From positions 13,610,914 to 13,674,913 of the forward strand of contig CAVNZM010000003.1 in the NCBI GenBank assembly GCA_963693365.1: a stretch of 64,000 bases of DNA, given 5' to 3'. The notes below the pieces were generated by a model. The model saw only the letters and a list, made by a program, of their open reading frames with translations, searched no databases and was not told where the DNA came from. Positions 1 to 11,542 of the stretch are shown here, piece after piece; within the stretch, counting starts at the first letter, position 1; every line of letters begins with the position of its first letter. The stretch is from Amoebidium appalachense. Lineage: Eukaryota; Protista; Ichthyosporea. Made by a program: the position numbers and the translations under genes.

Positions 1-188
1 AGTTTGTTTTTTCTCACAACTTGTTACAAATTTTTAAGTCTCGTTCCACAGGAGCGAGACTGCAATACAACAAATTTCTAAGTCTCGACTCCGGAGTCTG
101 CTCCAGACTGCACTAGACACCAAAACATATCAAAAAAAGAAAAAAAAAAGAGGGTGGTGGTGGTGATGGTGTTGGTGGTGGTGGTGGT

Positions 189-220
<32 letters not shown>

Positions 221-1235
221 CTTCTATCATCCCACTAGTCCTCATCCTCATCATCATCCTCCCCACCCTCATCTCCTTCCTCCCCCCAGCCGGGAGGGGG
301 GGGGGGGGGGGAAGGAGTATAAAAGAGCAGCAACGAACATAAACAAAACTCAAAACAAGCAAACTATTATGCGGGTTTCTAAGAAGCTCCCAACATCACT
401 AAACTAAACATATGCTAATCCCTTGACAGAAGAGTAACAAGAGGTGTGTGTATGTGTATGAGGCCCAAAAAAAAAAAAGGACGCCCAACATGACAATATA
501 GGGGGGCACTATTACACCAAACCATACCATACCAAATGCCGGCAGAGTAATACAGTGTTATCACAAAACACATTACCAACTCCATAATATACATAACAAC
601 AACATAATACACATAACAAACACACTCACATACCTTTCGGAGTGGATGACCCTGTAATAGGTCATCCTCAGGGGGTTGCTGAGGTCCGCATCGTCCGTGC
701 CCTTCTTCTTGGGGCGGGACTTTTTGTTGTCGCCCTTGGGGGTGGTCTCCTCCACCTCCTCCGCCTCGCTTCCACTGGGCTCCTACTGGCTCCCCGAACT
801 GGGGGGGGGGGGGGGTGTTATTTTGTGTGGGTTTAACGGAGAAGCAGAGTGCACAGATGGGTGTTATGTTATACACAACACTGAGACACACGGGAGAAAC
901 ACAACCGGAGAGGTGGAACGATTTCTGGGGCCATAGGAAATGATTCGACTGCTTGATCTTTATTTCAAGATGAAGTCCTTTTTATACTTAGGAATGTGAA
1001 ATCGATAATAAATGCTAAGCCAATAAAAAGAACGAAAACTACTTTATCCAATCAGAGATACGAAAACTATGAGGGTAAAGTAAATCGATAGAAATGCCTG
1101 TCGACATAAAGAAGATAAAACGCAATCCTCTAATGAAAGAAACTTCTAATAAAAACACGGAAACATTTAACAAAATGAAACCACTTATGTAACTATTAGT
1201 TCACAGTATACATTTATACATGTTCTTAACATAAC

Positions 1236-1573
1236 GGTTTTATTTGTGGAAATTATTGACATAAATATTTTTCTGGGTAAACACGTAGGATGGGTGTCCG
1301 ATATCAACAGGCTTCGTTTCATGTTTTAGCAGTTCGCGTTCGGCTGCCCGCATACGGGCACCTATTAGCCGATCAAAACATCAGATTCCACAGATCACTA
1401 GACCGAGTTTGATTGGCTCAGGATAAGATTTCACATAACACTAGATCGGTTTTGATTGGCTCAGTTCGGTAGCCTTAGGTATATAAGCACGACAGTTTTT
1501 AGCAGATCAGCAAGCAACAACACATCTTCTGTGTTTAGCACCTACAGCTTTACAGCTATATTTTCTTTTTCAC
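1236..1573 (+). repeat. Ngaro terminal repeat A (approx. 338 bp)
   Basis: Near-identical reverse-complement copies at 5834-6171 and 9269-9604; diverged partial copy at 38022-38158. Confidence 0.92.
1408..1487 (+). promoter_or_regulatory. Putative Pol II promoter in repeat A: two inverted CCAAT boxes and a TATA box
   Basis: TTTGATTGGCTCAG occurs twice, followed by TATATAAG approx. 120 bp upstream of the gag ATG at 1603. Confidence 0.55.
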
Positions 1574-1602
1574 TCTCCCTATCTTTCCGTACGCCGGTCA
1601 GC

Positions 1603-2772
1603 ATGCCGCCAAAAAAGCGCCAGGCCTCAGCCACCGCCCCTGCCGCGGCACCCAAGCGGCTGACCCGCAGCGACCTCCGCCACAGGCTGACCAACGCTCC
1701 CGCGGACACTGACGCGCCTCCAGCGGCCCATACCACCACGGACCCGGACCCGCCGGCTAGTCTCCCCTCCCCTCCTGAAGTCCCCCCTCAGGCCCCGCCG
1801 TCCCCGCAGATGACTTCTCAAGACGCCGTCCTTGCCGCCCTCACCGCCATCAGCACCCAGATGGCTGGCGTCCTGGCTGCTCTCACCAACCGCGACCCTC
1901 CCGCGCCCCCCGCCGCGCCCTCCGCACCCGGGGAGGTTTCCCCGGGGCTGCATCTCGGCCCTGACCTAGACCTACCTGCCCTGCCCGCGCCCCCCATCAC
2001 AGGTGAGAACACTGGCGACATTCAGCCGGGCACACTCCCGCTTCCCCCCGCGGATGTGCTGGCAGATTTGCGCGCCAATCGTTTCGTCGACCTGTATAAG
2101 TTCACCCCCGCCGCCCTCCTGGCCCCATCCAAGAAAGGTCAGCATCTGCGCATGGCCGACGACGGCAGCATCGAGACTTTTCGCCAAGACAAACCCGTTC
2201 CCCTGCGTTCACTCGTCATTTGGATCCAAGCTTGGACCCATTACATGGCCGCCAAGCACCACCTCGGCCTCCCCACGGACAAAGACGTACTTTGGACTCA
2301 GCACATCACTCGCCTCAGCACCCGATACCCGTGGGCCCAGATCCACAACTATGACGTATACGCCCGAACCGTTGCCCACCAGCAGGGTCGGGCTCCGATC
2401 GAGTGTCCCAACCTGCTCGCCCAACTCCACCAGGATCTCCTCCTGCCACCCACTCTGCTCATCCCGGACGCATGTCAGCGCTGTGGCTTCCCCGACCACC
2501 CCAGCGCGGCCTGCCCCATGTACCCCAAGCCCGGCTGTGGTCTTGACGGCTTTAAGCCGCCCCACAAGCCCGGCGGGGGTCAAACCCCTAACCGCCCTGG
2601 CCCGCAACCCGGCCCGGCAAAACCGGCCCGACCCGTGGATCTACCCGCGACGCACTGCAGGAATTTCCACAATAACGGTCGGTCCTGCGCTAAGCAGCCC
2701 TGCCCCTTCTCCCACGTGTGCCCGCTCTGCTCTGGCACACACCCCCGCAAAGACTGCAAGCACAATGCCTAG
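1603..2772 (+). CDS. gag: Ngaro Gag-like protein with C-terminal Cys/His zinc fingers
   Basis: Begins MPPKKRQ; WIQAW..Y and YPW..IHNYD motifs; CQRCGFPDHPSAAC knuckle; CRNFH..C...PCPFSHVCPLCSGTHPRKDC (CCCH/CCHC-type). Confidence 0.85.
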   Translation: MPPKKRQASATAPAAAPKRLTRSDLRHRLTNAPADTDAPPAAHTTTDPDPPASLPSPPEVPPQAPPSPQMTSQDAVLAALTAISTQMAGVLAALTNRDPPAPPAAPSAPGEVSPGLHLGPDLDLPALPAPPITGENTGDIQPGTLPLPPADVLADLRANRFVDLYKFTPAALLAPSKKGQHLRMADDGSIETFRQDKPVPLRSLVIWIQAWTHYMAAKHHLGLPTDKDVLWTQHITRLSTRYPWAQIHNYDVYARTVAHQQGRAPIECPNLLAQLHQDLLLPPTLLIPDACQRCGFPDHPSAACPMYPKPGCGLDGFKPPHKPGGGQTPNRPGPQPGPAKPARPVDLPATHCRNFHNNGRSCAKQPCPFSHVCPLCSGTHPRKDCKHNA

Positions 2773-3067
2773 TCTACGCGCACACCCACACACACAGCTA
2801 GAACATAGGGGTTAGGAGCTAGGCCACACGAGTACAGGGAAACGGAGCTCGGGAGAACGGGCCAATAGGGCTGAGTACAAAATTTCGCAGGCCAACTACG
2901 GCGCCCGCGCGCGTCAAGAATAAATGTCCCTACACAAAGACGTTTATTCTGGCCACTGCACATAATTTTACTCCCCCCCCCCATCCCACGAGCCTCCCCC
3001 CCCCTTACACTCACCTAGCACTCCCTCCCCCCCCTTCTTCTACCTCTGTGTCCGCCCACACCCCCGC

Positions 3068-3163
3068 GTGCTCGGGCACATTCCCCTGCACAGGGCCCCG
3101 CTGCCCTCCCTGCCAACCCTCACTCGGGCCCAGCTGCCCTACTCTAACCCCCCCGGGGCCCTG

Positions 3164-3198
<35 letters not shown>

Positions 3199-4894
3199 CC
3201 CCCCCCCCCCGCTGCCGGGATCTCCCCGAGGGTGCCCCACCCTTGCTAACCACCCCTTCCCCCGAGGCTCAGACCCGGAGGCCCGCCCGCTGCCCCAGCA
3301 CCACATTGACACCTCCCGCCTCCGGGAACTGCTGGCCTCCTACCCAGACCAATCATTCGCCGCACAACTCCTCCACGATGTCGAATTCGGTGTCGACATC
3401 GGCTATCGCGGCCCCTCCACCTCTCGGGTGGGCCCCAACCTACCCACCACCCCGGAGGCAGCTTCCGCTATCACGGCGGATATTGCCAAAGAAGTCGCCC
3501 TCGGCCACCTGCGCGGCCCCCTCTCCCCGGCCCAATTCTTTGACGAATTTCCGGTCCACCGTTCCTCCCCCATCGGCGCCGTTACCAAGAAAGGGAACCC
3601 CCCCAAGTACCGTCGAATCCACCACCTCTCCTGGCCCCGGGGTAGCAGTGTCAATGACAGCATCACCTACCCCGACGAACTTCAGTACATTCGCGCCCGG
3701 GACGTCACCCAGCTCATTCTCGACGCAGGCCCCGGCTGCTACATGGCCGTGGCAGATGTGCAGGCTGCCTTCCGGCACATGCCCATCCGACCAGAAGACC
3801 ATCACTTAATGGCATTCAAATGGCTGGGGCATTTTTACGTTGAAACCAGACTGCCCTTCGGCCTGAAATCTAGCCCAGCCATCTGGGAACGGATCGCGGC
3901 CACCCTACAGTGGCTGGCACACCAGCACGGTATTACCCTCATCCGCCACTACGTAGACGACTGGATTATAGTCGCCCCCACACAAGAGCAGTGCCAACGT
4001 CACCTATCCACCTTCCTGCAACTCTGCCGAGAGCTGCACATTGCCATCTCCGAAGACAAGATGCAGGGCCCGGCTACCCGTGTCGTCTTCATCGGTATCG
4101 AATTCGACTCCATCGCCATGGAGGCACGAATCCCGGCTTCCAAGCTCTCGGACCTACTCGACCTCACTTCCCACCCAAAGCCCACCATCACCATTCGGGA
4201 CCTCCAGTCCCTCCTCGGCAAACTCACCTGGTGTGCCCAGCTGGTTCCCCCCGGGAGGGCCTTCTCCCAGCGCCTATGGGCCCTTCTCCGGACCCACCCA
4301 CACCTTGCCGGCCACCACCACATACGACTGACTGCTGCCGCCCGAGCCGACATAGCCGAATGGCACCAGTTCCTCACATCATGGAATGGGGTGCACCTCA
4401 TCACACCCCCCACATACACTACCCTGGCCACCGATGCTGCCGGATCGGTGGGTCTAGGAGGCCACTGGCTCGACCAATGGTTCTTCATGCCCTGGTCCCC
4501 CTCCACCCAAGCCCTCTATGCTCATGAGGGTAAACTCGGTTCTTCCGTCATCGAACTCCTGGCCATCGCAGCCGCCGTGGCCCTCTGGGCCCCCTCCTGG
4601 TCCACCCACCATGTCCGTATTTTATGCGACAACACGGGTGCTGTGTCTGACCTGCACTCCCGGTCTTCCCCCCACCCCGTGATGGCCAAACTTATTCGGT
4701 TCATCACCCGCATGGAAATGCAATACCAATTTACGTTACAGGCATCCTACCTACCAGGACCCCTCAACCATCTGGCCGATGCCATTTCTCGTAACCAACT
4801 TCCCCGGGCCCGACGACTCCGACCTTCCCTGCAACCGGAGCCCTGCCCCTTCCCCTCCTGGGTCCACGAGTTCCTATCCCTTCCCTTGGGCTAA
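3068..4894 (+). CDS. pol: Ngaro reverse transcriptase-RNase H (start codon uncertain)
   Basis: SSPIGAVTKK, KYRRIHHLSWP..SVND, LPFGLKSSP, HYVDDW catalytic motif; RNase H motifs TDAAGSVGLGG, ELLA, CDN, NHLADAISR. Confidence 0.92.
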
Positions 4895-4917
4895 CCCCCC
4901 CCCCCCCCCCCCCCCCA

Positions 4918-5250
4918 GATCTCCCGTTCCGGAGCAACGCTGGCAGATTGGCCCCCCACTTTGCTCCCGCCGAGCTGCTTCGAGCCACCACTACCCTGCA
5001 GGAATGCCAGGCCCTGAGTCTCAACCTCGACTCTCGGGCCTTTTACTCCCGGGTGCAAAAAGTGTTCATCGATTTCTGTGTGGCATCTCGGCTGCAATCC
5101 CCCTCCGGGTCCTCCCTCCCGGCCTCCCCACACACCGTGCAACTTTTTCTCGCCTGGTGTGCCCAACGAGGGGTACAGGCCTTTTCCTTAACCGGCTACA
5201 ATTCGGCCATCACCAGGCTCCACCTCGACATGGGCCTCCCTGCTCCCTAC
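4918..5250 (+). pseudogene. Truncated tyrosine recombinase (N-terminal SAM-like part only)
   Basis: Near-identical to the N-terminus of the YR in 6289-7350; the catalytic domain is missing. Confidence 0.85.
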
Positions 5251-5614
5251 ACGTCTAAATATAATTATTCCTAATAGTTGAAGAACATAGCACAATGCTA
5301 CGTCGTGAGAAAGGAATGGGAAAGGAATGTAGGTTACTATATTTGGGAATATAGAACGAGATTTGATTGGATGACTTATTTAGATATTGACACAAATGAC
5401 AATACGTGTGCGCGAGCTAAGTATGTCGATACGTACACAGATCTAAGTTGACTAACTTGAACGCTTGTCCATCTGGCAGTGCGAACAGTTCCCAGTGAAC
5501 AGGCTGTGAACTCGCAGTGAATGCCGTACCTGCCAGACGCGTCAGCGGTATATGTATACGTAGGATAACCGAACAAAAGCACCCTAGATCACTTTGGGGC
5601 TTCAAAAATAAACT

Positions 5615-5703
5615 TCTATGAAAACTACTCCGGGACGTGTGTTGCCTCTAGGGGGACATCCCCTTGGACGAAAGTGAACCTGCAATGGTTGTAAACCACG
5701 GCA
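5615..5703 (-). repeat. Ngaro repeat B2 (89 bp)
   Basis: TCTATGAAAACTACTCCGGG...AAACCACGGCA is repeated at 6172-6260 (B1). Confidence 0.9.
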
Positions 5704-6288
5704 AGCCCCCAGTCATCAATTTATTGATCCGTGAGGTCCTTGTGCCCAAAAAACGGGGGAAGTCTTCGCCCCGTGAAAAAACAGCACGTATGTGGGGATC
5801 AATGGGGGTTGAGTGTAGGGTGTAGGTGGGTGGGTGAAAAAGAAAATATAGCTGTAAAGCTGTAGGTGCTAAACACAGAGGATGTGTTGTTGCTTGCTGA
5901 TCTGCTAAAGACTGTCGTGCTTATATACCTAAGGCTGCCGAACTGAGCCAATCAAAACCGATCTAGTGTTATGTGAAATCTTATCCTGAGCCAATCAAAC
6001 TCGGTCTAGTGATCTGTGGAATCTGATGTTTTGATCGGCTAATAGGTGCCCGTATGCGGGCAGCCGAACGCGAACTGCTAAAACATGAAACGAAGCCTGT
6101 TGATATCGGACACCCATCCTACGTGTTTACCCAGAAAAATATTTATGTCAATAATTTCCACAAATAAAACCTCTATGAAAACTACTCCGGGACGTGTGTT
6201 GCCTCTAGGGGGACATCCCCTTGGACGAAAGTGAACCTGCAATGGTTGTAAACCACGGCACGAGAGCAGTATGCTTGCTCCAAAGGTT

Positions 6289-7351
6289 TCACTTAAGAAT
6301 AGAGGCGAATACACGTGTGGTAGTGGCAGCAATGGAGGCCGGACGAAGTCGGGTATAGAGCAGGAAACAGTCGGAGGACCACCTGCCGAGTTGTTTGATC
6401 CGGGAGTCGTCGACCCCGGCCTCAGCCAGTGCTGTGGCCCCCCCGATGCGGAGGCTGTGTCCGGCGAACCGGGAGGGTGAGAGGCCTGCCCGGGAGAGGA
6501 GGGCACGGAAGTCGGCAGAGAAAGCACTCTTGGTGTAGGGGATGCCACCGAGACTGAAGAGGGGGTCGTTGGGTTGACCGGACATTGTATCCAGGAACTG
6601 CCGGAGGAGATGGGCTGGGGAGAAGTGGGTGAGGGGCAGGGCAGCTAGAGTGACGTTGACACCTCGGGCCTGTACCTCCGTCTTAGAGGTTGGCAGGTGG
6701 AGGGTGGCATGGGACAAAGTACCGGTGGGGGTGTAGGTGAAGGTCACGTCTTTCCGTTTAACGTGACGGGACGGGTCAAAGGAAGTCAGGGTTTTGGAGG
6801 TAAATTCCCCCGAACGGAGGAGACCACAGAAACCGACGATGAGGGCCGTCCATAGCCGGAGATTGGCCGAGGAGGCCTTGGTGGGGCACTGGCCATGGAG
6901 TAGGCTAAGGTGGGAGGGCAGGAGGGGCTCCCTGGTGGATGATCGGGGTCGGATGTTGTGAGAAAGCTGCCATCTGCCCACCCCTCGGAAGAACCAGGCC
7001 AGAGACTTGTCGTGGGGGTAGGGAGCAGGGAGGCCCATGTCGAGGTGGAGTCTGGTGATGGCTGAATTGTAGCCGGCCAAGGAAGAGGCCTGTACCCCTC
7101 GTTGGGCACACCAGGCGAGAAAAAGCTGCACGGTGTGGGGGGAGGCCGGGAGGGAGGACCCGGCGGAGGATTGCAGCCGAGATGCCACACAAAAATCGAT
7201 GAACACTTTTTGTACCCTGGAGTAAAAGGCCCGAGAGTCGAGGTTGAGACTCAGGGCCTGGCATTCCTGCAGGGTAGTGGTGGCACGAAGCAGCTCGGCC
7301 GGAGCAAAGTGGGGGGCCAATCGGCCAGCGTTGCTCCGGAAGGGGAGATCT

Positions 7352-7387
<36 letters not shown>

Positions 7388-7560
7388 GAGCCCAGGGGAA
7401 GGGATAGGAACTTGTGGACCCAGAAGGGGAAGGGGCAGGGCTCCGGTTGCAGGTAAGGTCGGAGTCGTCGGGTCCGGGGAAGTTGGTTACGGAGGAGCTG
7501 CGCGGCGAATGATTGGGCTGGGTAGGGGGGCCAGCAGCTCCCGGAGGCGGGAGGTGTCAA
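6289..7560 (-). CDS. Tyrosine recombinase of Ngaro copy 2 (open in frame with the RNase H C-terminus)
   Basis: GFCGLLRSGEF, SKT, HSLRIGGAT, LGRWSSDCFLLY, i.e. the R-K-H-R-W-Y catalytic set. Confidence 0.93.
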
Positions 7561-7655
7561 CGTGGTGCTGGGGCAGCGGGCGGGCCACCGGGGCTGAGCC
7601 TCGGGGGAAGGGGGTGGTTAGCAAGGGTGGGGCACCCTCGGGGAGATCCCGGCAT

Positions 7656-7697
<42 letters not shown>

Positions 7698-7800
7698 GGC
7701 CCCGGGGGGTTAGAGTAGGGCAGCTGGGCCCGAGGGAGGGTTTGCAGGGAGGGCAGCGGGGCCCTGTGCAGGGGATGCCCGAGCACGCGCGGGTGTGGGC
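7487..7800 (-). pseudogene. RT remnant of copy 2 (approx. 1.4-kb deletion)
   Basis: The junction near 7493 joins sequence equivalent to approx. 3375 and approx. 4790 of copy 1. Confidence 0.85.
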
Positions 7801-8074
7801 GTACACAGAGTTAGAAGAAGGGAGGGAGCGCTAGGTGAGTGTAAGGGGGGGAGGCTCGTGGGATGGGGGGGGGAGTAAATTTATGTGCAGTGGCCAGAAT
7901 AACGTCTTTGTGTAGGGACATTTATTCTTGGCGCGCGCGGGCGCCGTAGTTGGCCTGCGAAAAATGTTACTCAGCCCTAGTGCCCCGTTTTTTCCCGAGC
8001 TCCGTGTCCTTGGACCCGTGTAACCTAGCTCCTAGCCCCTATGTTCTATCTGTGGGTGTGGGTGTGCGCGTAGA

Positions 8075-9233
8075 CTAGGCATTGTGCTTGCAGTCTTTGC
8101 GGGGGTGTGTGCCAGAGCAGAGCGGGCACACGTGGGAGAAGGGGCAGGGCTGCTTAGCGCAGGACCGACCGTTGTGGAAATTCCTGCAGTGTGTTGCGGG
8201 TAGATCCACGGGTCGGGCCGGTGGTGCCGGGCAGGGTTGCGGGCCGGGTCGGTTGGGGGTTTGTCCCCCGCCGGGCTTGTGGGGGGGCTCGAAACCATCA
8301 AGACCACAGCCGGGCTTGGGGTACATGGGGCAGGCCGCGCTGGGGTGGTCGGGGAAGCCGCAACGCTGACATGCGTCCGGGATGAGCAGAGTGGGTGGCA
8401 GGAGGAGATCCTGGTGGAGTTGGGCGAGCAGGTTGGGACACTCGATCGGAGCCCGACCCTGTTGGTGGGCAACGGTTCGGGCGTATACGTCATAGTTGTG
8501 GATCTGGGCCCACGGGTATCGGGTGCTGAGGCGAGTGATGTGCTGAGTCCAAAGTACTTCTTTGTCCGTGGGGAGGCCGAGGTGGTGCTTGGCGGCCATG
8601 TAATGGGTCCAAGCTTGGATCCAAATGACGAGTGAACGCAAGGGAACGGGTTTGTCTTGGCGAAAAGTCTCGATGCTGCCGTCGTCGGCCATGCGCAGAT
8701 GCTGACCTTTCTTGGATGGGGCCAGGAGGGCGGCGGGGGTGAACTTATACAGATCGATGAAACGATTGGCGCGCAAATCTGCCAGCACATCCGCGGGGGG
8801 AAGCGGGAGTGTGCCCGGCTGAATGTCGCCAGTGTTCTCACCTGTAATGGGGGGCACGGGCAGGGCAGGTAGATCCAGGTCAGGGCCGAGATGCAGCCCC
8901 AGGGAAACCTCCCCGGGTGCGGAGGGCGCGGCGGGGGGCGGGAGGGTCGCGGTTGGTGAGAGCGGCCAGGACGCCAGCCATCTGGGTGCTGAGGGCGGTG
9001 AGGGCGGCAAGGACGGCGTCCTGAGAAGTCATCGGCGGGGACGGTGGGGCCTGAGGAGGGACTTCAGGAGTAGAGGGGAGAGTAGCCGGAGGGTCCGTGG
9101 TGGTATGGGCCGCTGGAGGCGCGTCAGTGCCCGCGGGAGCGTTGGTCAGCCTGTGGCGGAGGTCGCTGCGGGTCAGGCGCTTAGGTGCCGCGGTAGGGGC
9201 GGCGGCTGAGGCCTGGCGCTTTTTCGGCGGCAT
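8075..9233 (-). pseudogene. gag: Gag of copy 2, frameshifted near 8935
   Basis: ORFs 8880-9233 and 8075-9010 together reproduce the copy-1 Gag. Confidence 0.85.
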
Positions 9234-9679
9234 GCTGACCGGCGTAGGGAAAGATAGGGAGAAGAAAAGAAAAAGAAAATATAGCTGTAAAGCTGTAGGT
9301 GCTAAACATGGAGGATGTGTTGTTGCTTGCTGATCTGCTAAAGACTGTCGTGCTTATATACCTAAGGCTGCCAAACTGAGCCAATCAAAACCGATCTAGT
9401 GTTATGTGAAATCTTATCCTGAGCCAATCAAACTCGGTCTAGTGATCTGTGGAATCTGATGTTTTGATCGGCTAATAGGTGCCCGTATGCGGGCAGCCGA
9501 ACGCGAACTGCTAAAACATGAAACGAAGCCTGTTGATATCGGACACCCATCCTACGTGTTTACCCAGAAAAATATTTATGTCAATAATTTCCACAAATAA
9601 AACCAAATTTTTTTAAGTGGAGATATAACGAATCAAAATTTAATAGACACCATATGTGGAGATATAATTTTTTATTTTA

Positions 9680-9730
<51 letters not shown>
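9680..9730. repeat. (TTA)n microsatellite
   Basis: Direct inspection. Confidence 0.95.
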
Positions 9731-10141
9731 TTTTTGGGGGGGGTTTTTCGTGTTTAAGTACACCTTCAATTCAAAAGTCCAGGACGGACGGAGAGGGTGG
9801 CATGCACAGCACTGCGTACGAATTGTGTGCCAGTTTACCTACATGTATGTCACAAAATTAAAGTGTGCACGCATAGCGAATGATCACATGCATGGTGTGC
9901 AGGACCCGTACCATTCTTTTCTGTACGTAACCATGTATACACGAATGCACGTACGTACGCATACCGCGGCCGCCTACGTGGCACACCGCGGCAGGGATCG
10001 CGATCAAGTGCTGTTATTACCCAACATGAGGGCGCTGTTCGCGTCTAAATGCGTACAGGGTGGTGGTTCACTTTTAAGATAACGGGTAAAATCCAGACGC
10101 GTCCTACGTTATCTTTTTGCTTTATCGTCCTCGAAGAGCAG

Positions 10142-10175
<34 letters not shown>

Positions 10176-10254
10176 CGCCCCGCCCGGGGCGGTGCGTGCG
10201 TGCGTCACGGTATTGGTGTGCATATATCAGCGTGTGTGCGTGTGTGCATGTGTA

Positions 10255-10520
10255 ACAAGTAAACTTTAAGAGTCGTGCACGTGTGCGCACTGGCATGTGT
10301 GGATGTGCAGGTGTGATCATGAGCGGGTGTGTGTGTGTGTGCGCATGCACATGTGTGCACGTGTGCACACACGCAAGCACACGTGTACATGCACGCATGC
10401 ACGCACACAGACACACACCCACACACACACACACACACTGGCAAGCCGTGACACAAACACACACACGCCGGCACACACACACACACACAAAAGCCGTGAC
10501 ACAAACACACACACACCGGC

Positions 10521-10558
<38 letters not shown>

Positions 10559-10656
10559 ACACGCGCACACAAACACACACATGATGCATGCACACACACA
10601 CACACACGCACACACAGGCCTCACCGTGACACACACACACACACACACAGTAACGT

Positions 10657-10697
<41 letters not shown>

Positions 10698-10753
10698 CAC
10701 ACACATACACACACACACTGCACACACACACATGTACACAAACATACACACAT

Positions 10754-10808
<55 letters not shown>

Positions 10809-11117
10809 CACAGTAAGTCAGTAAAGTTCAAAAGTCGTGTGCGCACTGGCATGTGTGGATGTGCAGGTGTGAGCGGGTGTGTGTGTGTGCGCGCATGCAC
10901 ATGTGTGCACATGTGCGCACACACGAAAGCACACATGTACATGCACGCATGCTCGCACACAGACACACACCCACACACACACACACAAAAGCCGTGACAC
11001 AAACACACACACACCGGCACACACACACACACACACAGTGTCACACATACACACACACACACAAACACACACATGATGCATGCACACACACACACACGCA
11101 CACACAGGCCTCACCGT

Positions 11118-11151
<34 letters not shown>

Positions 11152-11156
11152 GACGT

Positions 11157-11206
<50 letters not shown>

Positions 11207-11216
11207 CATTTTACAC

Positions 11217-11262
<46 letters not shown>

Positions 11263-11399
11263 ACAGGCACACACACACATGTACACACACATACACACAC
11301 ACACACACACACACTGTGCACACACACACATGTACACAAACATACACACATGTACACACACACACACACACACGCACACACACACGCACACACACACAC

Positions 11400-11458
<59 letters not shown>

Positions 11459-11491
11459 GTCACAGTATGTCAGAGGGGGGTGGGGGGAGTC

Positions 11492-11540
<49 letters not shown>
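10255..11540. repeat. CA/TG-rich compound microsatellite with an approx. 560-bp tandem duplication, followed by (GA)n
   Basis: GTGTGCGCACTGGCATGTGTGGATGTGCAGGTGTGA and AGGCCTCACCGTGAC each occur twice (approx. 10281/10838 and approx. 10616/11106). Confidence 0.85.

Positions 11541-11542
<2 letters not shown>

Larger units (their letters stand above)
1236..5250 (+). mobile_element. Ngaro-type (DIRS order) tyrosine-recombinase retrotransposon, copy 1, 3'-truncated
   Basis: A repeat (1236-1573), then gag, RT/RNaseH and the start of YR. No methyltransferase domain. Similarity to copy 2 stops abruptly at 5250 (...CCTGCTCCCTAC). Confidence 0.9.
5607..9604 (-). mobile_element. Ngaro retrotransposon copy 2 with split direct repeats A1-B1-A2-B2 and an internal RT deletion
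   Basis: On the minus strand: A1 9604-9269, gag, RT remnant, YR, B1 6260-6172, A2 6171-5834, approx. 130-bp spacer, B2 5703-5615. Confidence 0.92.

Noticed and set aside
2003-2815. Overlapping 270-aa ORF within gag (also 8032-8841) and similar shadow ORFs in the copia and viral genes
   Set aside because: The Ser/Pro/Thr-rich translation is expected from shifted frames of GC3-biased genes, and there is no ATG start. Its presence in both copies is explained by their high identity.
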